From NCBI GenBank assembly GCA_951406725.2, contig OX597821.1:49972001-50036000 (forward strand): a stretch of DNA of 64,000 bases, given 5' to 3'. The stretch's first letter is position 1. Each line of letters begins with the position of its first letter. Source of the stretch: Octopus vulgaris (Eukaryota). The notes beneath the pieces were generated by a model, which was not told the DNA's origin, did not search any database, and was given only the letters and a program-made list of their open reading frames with translations. The translations under genes were made by a program, and so were the position numbers. Below are positions 54,951 through 64,000 of this stretch, in pieces.

Positions 54951-55708
54951 TCTCTCTCTCTCTCTCTCTCTCTCTCGCTCTCTCGTCCGTTTTTTTTTCT
55001 GTCGCTCTCTCAACCTTTCTGTCTTCCTTTTCAATATGCTTATTGCTTTACTCACCTTTTATTCTTCTATTTTCTTCCCTTTCGCTTTCTCGGTTGTTCA
55101 CTGCTTTATTTTCTTCCTTTTCTCTAGTTTGTTTCAAATCTTTAGTTGCTTTCCAAAAGAATGTGAATGTTTACTGCGTGGAATGTAGTCGAATTGTAGG
55201 TCTATTACTGAGGTATTTATATACATATATATAAATATATATATGATATATAAGTTATTTGTGTATTCTACAGTAATTTTTCAATTATTCAGAAATCCCT
55301 TGGTTGTTTTCTTGAGTTGCTTTTTCGTTCTGAAGTACAAAAATCTTTTATCATGTATAGAATGTAGTTAATCTACTTGACTAGTATGTTGTGCCTATCT
55401 CACTCGTCTGTTCTGGAATATTCTATGTTTATCTTGTCTTGTTTCTGTTTTTGAGTGAGTAAAGGCAACTAATTTCAATGCCGAGAATATTGTTTTATAT
55501 ACCTCAATGCAGAAACTCCCACACTTCCGGAGCTGTCTAGAAGGCGGTACCAATAGCTGCTGCTATTGATGAGGTAACAGGTTTTGCTCTTGTTGTTGTT
55601 GTTGATGTTGTTGAGGAGGAGGAGGAAGTTGTTTAGCCCCAGGTCGACGTGGTCGACCGTGGTCGAGCAAAACTATAATTAAAGACACATTATGGCACAC
55701 TTCACTTT

Positions 55709-55740
<32 letters not shown>

Positions 55741-55941
55741 TTTGACACATAATCTTTCTAGGAATTTCGGTGGCTGCGTGGTAAGAAGCTTGCTTTCCAG
55801 CCACATGGTTCCGGGTTCAGTCCCACTTCGTGACACCTTGGGTAAGTGTCTTCTGCTATAGCCTCGGGTCGACCAAACCCTTGCGAGTGGATTTGGTAGA
55901 CGGAAACTGAAAAAAGCCCGTTGTATGTGTGTGTGTGTAAA

Positions 55942-56012
<71 letters not shown>

Positions 56013-56056
56013 ATATATATATGTATATGTGTGTGTGTGTGTGTATACCTGCACAT

Positions 56057-56091
<35 letters not shown>

Positions 56092-57228
56092 AAACAGGCT
56101 TGTGCGTAAATTCCATTCACAAGATGTTAGTCAAACTGAGATCAGAGTAGCCACCCGGAGCGAGAACGGACCCGGTAACCAGGTGTTTTAAAGGTGATTC
56201 TTATTTTTCTTATTTCACTTCAATTTTGTTTTTGGTTTTTAAAATTTTTATTATCTGTTATTTTTCAAGACAACGATCCTGTAGAATCGTTAATGCTTGG
56301 ACAAAATACTTTACGTTCGGGTAGGAAGGGTCTGTTTTGTTTTGCTATGTTGTTTTTCCGTACTGAGTTCAAGTGACGCCGAGGTCATCTTTGCCTTTGA
56401 TCCACGGGAGGTTGATAAAACAAGTACCAGCTAAGCGATGGGGTCGATGTAATCGACTCCCCGCCTCTTTGTGCAAAAATTATAATTATGCATTCAGCAT
56501 AAGAGCGTTGCATAAGCTGAATCGTTAGAACGTGGGATAAACTGCTTTAATTCATAGGGAACTTTACCTTCTGATTTCAAATTCTGCCGGGATTACCTTT
56601 GCCTCTCATCCCTCCCGGGTCAATAAAATGTAGTCCCTGTCAAGCATTCGGGTCGATTAAACTAACCTCTCCCATCAGAGTTCTTGCTTTGTACTCAGTT
56701 ATTTATCCGGATTCGTATGCATGGTTCATAACTTGCACAAAATTATGGTATACATACATACATACATACATACATACATAATTATATATAATTATATATA
56801 ATCCATAATTACACATAAACATAATTATATACATATAAACGTAATTACATATAAAAATATATATTTATTTATATATATGTGTGTGTGTGTGTGTGTGTCT
56901 GTATTTATATTTGTTGAAAGACTTCAAAACTGTAGTTTAGCAATGTTAAATTTACATGCGCGCGCGCTTGTGTGTGCGTGTGTGTATCTTTTACTTGTTT
57001 CAGTCATTAGACTGCGGCCGTGCCGGAGCACCGCCTTGAAAATTTTTAGCTGAACGAATCGACCCCACTATTTTTTTTTCTTTTCTTTTTTTTTTTTTTT
57101 AATAAACCCGGTACTTTTTCTATCTTCTGTTTTTGCCGAACCGCTAAATTATGAGAATGTAAACACACCATCACCTGTTATCAAGTGGTGGTGGGAGGAC
57201 AAACGCAGACGCTAAGACACATACACAA

Positions 57229-57287
<59 letters not shown>

Positions 57288-57397
57288 CATACGACGGAAT
57301 TAGTTTCTGTCAACCAAATCCACTCACAAAATTTGGTCGGCCCGAAGCTATTAGTGGGTGACACTTGCCAGATATATATATATATATATCTTTGTAT

Positions 57398-57433
57398 CTT
57401 TCTGTCGAAGAGCGTAGGCTCGAAACGTAAAGG
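57398..57433 (+). ncRNA. Hammerhead-like motif (U at core position 6) in a short (TA)n-embedded repeat
   Basis: CUUU CUGUCGA A GAGC GUAG GCUC GAAAC GUA^ AAGG. Confidence 0.5.
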
Positions 57434-57522
57434 ACTTTTTCTATTCCTGGGCGCTATACTAATACATTTGTTTGTTTGTACTCCACCTGCCTTCGTCTTT
57501 TGTTTATTTTCGTAAACTTTCC

Positions 57523-57559
<37 letters not shown>

Positions 57560-57563
<4 letters not shown>

Positions 57564-57885
57564 GGTAAAGACCCCCTTCGGTCATGAATGACCATGGGAT
57601 TGCACCTAGAAAGTTACCCTCCTAGACACAAGTCCGAGCAAGGTTGTTTATGGAAGACCAGCAGTCGCCCATGCATACCAGCCTCCCCTCTCCACGCCAC
57701 CAGTGTTATCCAAGGGAAAGACAAAGGTTGATACAGCTTGGCTCCAGTGACGTCGCAACTCATTTCTACAGCTGAGTGAACTGGAGCAACGTGAAATAAA
57801 GTGCCTTGCTCAAGAACACAACACGCAGCCCGGTCCGGGATTCGAGCTCACAACCTCACGATCGTAAGCTCGACGCTCTAACCAG
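57560..57885 (-). mobile_element. tRNA-derived SINE family C
   Basis: tRNA-like head followed by tgtgttcttgagcaaggcact; related copies at ~300-485, 3060-3320, 25040-25180, 49100-49255. Confidence 0.75.
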
Positions 57886-58623
57886 CGATTTCACATTAAA
57901 CTGAAGAATTACTCAACACTTTTTAGTAGCGTATATATTTATTAACTTTTACTAAGAAACGAATGACAGTGACTTTGTAGTTTCGGCCAGCTCGCCTTAA
58001 AACTTTCGCATGAAGGTGAGCTAACCGAAAGGCCGACATCACTGTCTACCTTTTCTTTGTGATGTGATGAGTAACACGGTAGATATATCCTCATATAAAA
58101 CTTCAGCTAATGCAGTAGGTTGCACATGAAATAATGAATGCATTTAATAACTATGTTGTTTACAAAGGAGCAGTTATGCAAATTAGATTGGCCTGTTCAG
58201 CAGAAAGTTGACACGCGCTTGATTGAATAAGCGATATGTAGGCAGAAAATGAACGTAATTTTTCGATAGTAAATTTCCCAGAAATGACAAAACTAATTAG
58301 AGCAATCTCAATATTTTTCATATGAAATTGTGTTTACATTTGTTTATATACTGAGGCTATGTAAATGTTTGCGAAAGTGTTTATGTGTTATTTATGTTAA
58401 TAAATAATTGTCTTCCACAATTAATTGATAAAGAGAGATATAAACATGATGATAATTCGAAAAAAAAAAAAAGAGCCAAGTTTATATGACGATTTGCAGA
58501 AAAGTAAGGTGAAATGCCTAATAAAAAAAAACCCCTTTTTGGCTAATAAAGTTTGGTTTGAAAGATTTAAGAAGTGCATGAATTTTTACAATATGAAAAT
58601 GACTAATTAAACTGCGAGCGCTG

Positions 58624-58697
<74 letters not shown>

Positions 58698-58935
58698 CAG
58701 AAAACAGCAATTGTGTTTGAAAGTAAATCTTTCCTACTGGAAAAATACCAGAGGAGGCATCAAATTTCGGGGGAAAAGATTAAATCGATTACATCGACCC
58801 CTAGAGTAACTGGTACTATTTTAGCGACCTAGAAAGGATGAAAGGCAAAGTCGACCTCGGCGGAATTCAAACTTAAAACCTAACGGCGGCGGAAATGCCG
58901 CTAAGCGTTTCTAACGATTCTGGCAGCTTGCCGCC

Positions 58936-59002
<67 letters not shown>

Positions 59003-59144
59003 CATATATACAAACATATATAAGTGTACATCTCAAACATATATTTGTATCATTGGTTATATAAAAATGAAATTATATAGAGCTTCATATAAACAAACTG
59101 ACAGACAGGCAGACTGATACAGATAGACAGATAGATAGACAGAC

Positions 59145-59217
<73 letters not shown>

Positions 59218-59401
59218 CAGGAAATATAATCTTCCAGAATACCAGAGGAGGCATCATCAGGTGAAGGATTTAGTTAAGAGCTTAATGAATGAGTTCAGCG
59301 AAAAAAATTTTTCAGTAGGATAAAACGGTGGAGTCTGCATCTGTATATTCTGATATGTAAAACAAAGCGATTGCTGTCATGATATTTAATGTACGGAATT
59401 A

Positions 59402-59789
59402 AGGCGGTGAGCTGGCAGAACGCCGGGCGAAATGCGTAGCCGTATTTCGTCTGCCGCTACGTTCTGAGTTCAAATTCCGCCGAGGTCGACTTTGCCTTTC
59501 ATCCTTTCGGGGTCGATAAATTAAGTACCAGTTAGGCACTGGGGTCGATATAATCGACTTAATCCGTTTGTCTGTCCTTATTTGTCCCCTCTGTGTTTAG
59601 CTCCTTGTGGGTGGTAAAGAAATAGGTATTTCGTCTGTCGTTACATTCTGAGTTCAAGTTCTGCCGAGGTCGACTTTGCCTTTCATCCTTTCGGGGTCGA
59701 TAAATTAAGTACCAGTGGAACACTTGGGTACATATAATAGGCTAGTCCCCCTCCCCTAAAATTTCAGGCCTTGTGCCTACAGGAGAAAG
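59402..59789 (+). mobile_element. Dimeric SINE family A with ~19-bp TSD
   Basis: TSD gatatttaatgtac(g/a)gaat at 59381-59399 and 59790-59808. Confidence 0.85.
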
Positions 59790-60223
59790 GATATTTAATG
59801 TACAGAATACGTAGGCAACCAGCTACAGGCAAATATCGACATGCATTACGATAGAACCAAGGGAAAGTTTATTGAGCGAGATACATTTTGAAAGAAGTCA
59901 CCTGACTAGACACATCTGCACCGAAGGTTGCACTACAACCTGTTGTACAGTATCTCAGCCGCGAGGGTCCGATGCAAGATGGGGCGGAACGATCGTTGGT
60001 ATTAATAAAGAATCTCGGGAATTCCATTTTTCGCGTGGAAATAGGTGTGTGTGCGAGCGTGTATGTGTGTGCTTGCACGCATGTATCTATGTACATACAG
60101 CATTAAAATAATACAGAACTCTATTAATAACAGCAGTATGAAAGTTCTGTTTTCTTGCTAAGGGATACAGCGAACTGTATCAGTATGGTAGAAGTAATGT
60201 TAACTGGATATGAATAACTATCT

Positions 60224-60456
60224 GTTTCCTTATTACCCACAAGGGGCTAAACATAGAGGGGACAAACAAGGATAGACAAACGGATTAAGTCGATTACATC
60301 GACCCCAGTGCCTAACTGGTACTTAATTTATCGACCCCGACAGGATGAAAGGCAAAGTCGACCTCGGCGGAATTTGAACTCAGAACGTAACGGCAGACGA
60401 AATACGGCTACGCATTTCGCCCGGCGTGCTAACGGTTCTGCCAGCTCGCCGCCTTA
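60224..60456 (-). mobile_element. Young monomeric SINE family A with 16-bp TSD
   Basis: TSD atatgaataactatct at 60208-60223 and 60457-60472. Confidence 0.88.
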
Positions 60457-61016
60457 ATATGAATAACTATCTTCAACATTATAAAAAGTCTTTGGTGTTT
60501 GTGTACTTGGGAAATGTTGTCTGACGAAGAATAAAAGTCCCTCATTAGATTCGTAGAAACATCTGGATTGAACGAACGATTGATCTTTCAAACTTTCCCT
60601 GGAGGACATGGATACGGAAACTTCCGTATACAGAAACTTTATACGTAAGCCACTTCTCATTAATTAAAGCTCTCACTAGCTGATTATAAATTGTAGATAC
60701 TAAATCCGGCTAGTAAGTTACTAAATATAGTTAGGTGCGGGAATGGAATTCCTATGAATGAATAAAGTTTTCTCGCCGGTCTTTTTTTTTAGCTGAGGAA
60801 TTTGCCTGTCTCGAATTTAAAAATAACTTCAATGGAGTTAATTCCAATTAAATTGTTAGGAATTCTTATGGAAAATTCCTATTAACTTCTGTTTTTATCT
60901 ATTCGTAGCATAACTGTTTATAATACTTGAAGTTATCATCGCCTCTGTTCAATATTTATCCTTTCAGCAACCAGCTCGATGATGATGACGATGATGGTGG
61001 TGGTGGTAGTGGTGGT

Positions 61017-61047
<31 letters not shown>

Positions 61048-61284
61048 GGTGAGGAGGAGGAGGAGGAGGAGGAGGAGGATTGTCCCTAATTTAGACACAA
61101 GAACAGCACATTTGTGAGAATGGTGTGATCGCTACCATCAATCACAATATTTGACTGATAACATTCTTTTATCGATCCAGAAGGAGGAAAGGCAAAATTA
61201 AAGTTTGCCAGGATTTTTGAAGATTTTTTCAAAAGCTTTACCGCAGAGTATTTCTTCGTGAATCTTTATAATAATAATAATGAA

Positions 61285-61343
<59 letters not shown>

Positions 61344-61367
61344 TAATAATAATAATAATAATAAATA

Positions 61368-61404
<37 letters not shown>

Positions 61405-61405
61405 C

Positions 61406-61444
<39 letters not shown>

Positions 61445-61735
61445 AATAATAATAATAATAATAATAATAGTAATAATAATAATAATGATAATAATAATTC
61501 TACTAAAGGTACATGGCCCGAAATTTTGGCGGAGGGGACTAGTCGATTACACCAACCCCTGTGTTTCATTAGTACTTAACTTATCAACCCTGAAAGGATG
61601 AAAGGTAAAGTCAACCTCAGCGGAATTTGAACTCAAAATGTGAAGACGGAAGAAATACCGCTAAGCATTACGTCCGGCGCGCTAACAATTCTGCCAGCTC
61701 ACCGTCTTATAATAATAAAAAATAGCAATAATAAT

Positions 61736-61785
<50 letters not shown>

Positions 61786-62006
61786 TGATGATGATGATAA
61801 TGTTTTCAAATTTTGCCACAAGGCAGACATTTTGTAGCAGGATTGAGTCGATTACATCGACGCCAGTGTTTCAATGGTACTTAATTTATCGATCCCAAAA
61901 GGATGAAAGGCGAAGTTGCCCTCGAAGGAATTTGAACTCAGAACGTGAAGACAGAGGAAAACACTGCTAAACATTTCGCTCGGTATTCTGTCAGCTCACC
62001 ACCACC

Positions 62007-62138
<132 letters not shown>

Positions 62139-62177
62139 GTAATAATAATAATAATAATAATAATAGTAATAATAATG

Positions 62178-63800
62178 CTTTTTTCATTGGCCAGAAGGGC
62201 CGAAAACAAAACTAAAAGAGACTAAAAAACACATCGGACAACTGGGGCTTAGCACAAAAGTTGGTGTATAAAAAACATTAAACAAAACCAATTAAAAACA
62301 AAATTCAAAATAAAATTCCCCACAAGGAGAGAGTTCCACCCAGGGACAACCGAGTAACTCCTCACATGCTGTTTACCCTGATCAGCAGGTCCTTCTCTCT
62401 TTCTCAACAGCTCCGGCTTACAAGCGAATATAGGCCCATTTACACGGGCCATCCTCACCACATTCACCCACCTTGCAATAAAAATACAAGGGAGAAGCAG
62501 TACTTTCCTCTCCACCCTCCCTTTACTTTTCAAGTGAAATTTGAAAAAGTCGATGAGGGCTTGGCCGAAGAGGAGGGCATCTCTTTGCAGTCCTTTCAAC
62601 TTCGTCTCCCACATTATCTCTTTCGCCATAGCCACCGGACAGAGGAAAACTGCCTTCTCTTCCCGGCCAAAGAAGGCGGTGGGCGATTTTCACGATGGAT
62701 TCAGCTGATAACCGGATCCATCTTACACGCGCCAACAGTTGTTCGACAAAGCTCTACAGGTCAGCAGTGCCTGGAAAATGAACGAGAGCACTCAGCGGTT
62801 TCGTCGCTCTGCGCACATCTCAGACTGGTCGGTCTGACTGTACTTCCGTGTCTGTAGAGCTTGTTTCAAACCAGCAGAACCCCCGGTAGCACTGTCAGGC
62901 CTGAGATTTCTGGAAATTATCCGTCGACTCCAGCCCGAAAGTCCTCCAGAAAAACCAGCTAATTGACTCTTCCCGACGCCCAGAGTTTCCCCGAGGACGT
63001 AGTCGCACTCGCCCACCACTAATTCCCTACAGAACTCCAATGTGGAACTTCTATCGACTGCACTGACCGACTGGCACAGTACAGTGAGCGCTTGCCGACA
63101 CCCCAGTTGCCAAGCCCCTTTTCTTAATCTATGCTTAATCCAGAATTGTAGCTCTGTCAATGAGACGAGCTGCGGAAGCCTACCGACTTGTCCTAATTAA
63201 TCTTTGCTCCTGTCATTGCTTCGTATTCCCTTAAGCTCGATTTCCGAGCTGTCCGACACAAAGCTTCTGCATCCTAGTTCACGTAGTATACTTCTCGAAA
63301 TATAAAACTTCCGTTGTAATGGCTAGAAAGCCAGCACGTACAGAAGGGGCAAGAGTGGACATCCTTGATGGACCGAACGAGCGACGCTAAACAATTCCGA
63401 TAAGTGGCCACTTACTTTAACCACCGAACAAATGTCGTTGTACGCTGCAGCGATTTAGCCTCTGAAAACGGAACCGAAACCGACCGCTGTGACCTCCAAA
63501 CGTCTGAAGAAATCTGGCTGCCCTGCTTCAGTTGGGGTATACATAGCGAGTAGTTTAAAAGCACCACCTTCGCTAATGCTCATCTACGACTACCAGCTTA
63601 TCTTCCGGGTCCAGGAAGATCGTCCGTACCTCGAGATCCAGACCTTTCCTAAACAGCACTTCCACCCTGCCTCCCATTCCAGGCTGACTAAACAATGTGT
63701 AGATCACAAAATTACTGAAGAGGGGGTTAGATCACGTGTATCGGAAATCCTGGTTTCGCCTAACAGCCGTCTCATCCATAGCTATTGATCTGAGGTCGTT
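62178..63800 (-). mobile_element. L1/Tx1-clade LINE, internally deleted and frameshifted
   Basis: Endonuclease-like piece (~63540-63650), RT piece (SVHQGCPL..LYVLA; EAMTGAKIN) and C-terminal piece (AKEIMW...FFKFHLK...RWVNV); 3' end runs into (ATT)n. Confidence 0.75.
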
Positions 63801-64000
63801 GAGCAGGCGACCTTGCTTCTAGGGCGATCCCAGGCCACGACTATGTGTACAACCTACAATTAAACCTATCATAATGACCGGACAGTGTTTGAAGAATAAA
63901 TAAACCGCTGGCGGGCGGTTCAACCTGAAGAAAATTCAAACAGGGTCCTACTTTCAAGGTCATGCGCTATTCATCTTGATATGAGATCACATGGTCACGC

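Overview
AT-rich, microsatellite- and SINE-dense metazoan genomic DNA. The tRNA-derived SINE families point to a coleoid cephalopod, most likely Octopus (inference). Two spliced genes lie on the minus strand. (1) A complete 11-coding-exon mitochondrial-clan cytochrome P450, CYP10-like: 548 aa, ATG 50913 to stop 32523, with all intron phases consistent by manual splicing. (2) The first three coding exons of a CIB (calcium- and integrin-binding) gene at 17324-3788, missed by the ORF track and continuing beyond the window start. The rest is repeats: a dead mariner, RTE/CR1/Tx1/R4 and Penelope-like remnants, a Lep1-like Helitron, MITE-like palindromes and many SINEs. The most notable observations are: a tRNA-headed SINE carrying a minimal Penelope-type hammerhead ribozyme, present as a head-to-head pair in CYP intron 7; a second short hammerhead-bearing repeat family embedded in (TA)n; a perfect 255-bp inverted duplication in CYP intron 9; and a genomic PKRW in place of the P450 PERW motif that one A-to-I edit would restore.
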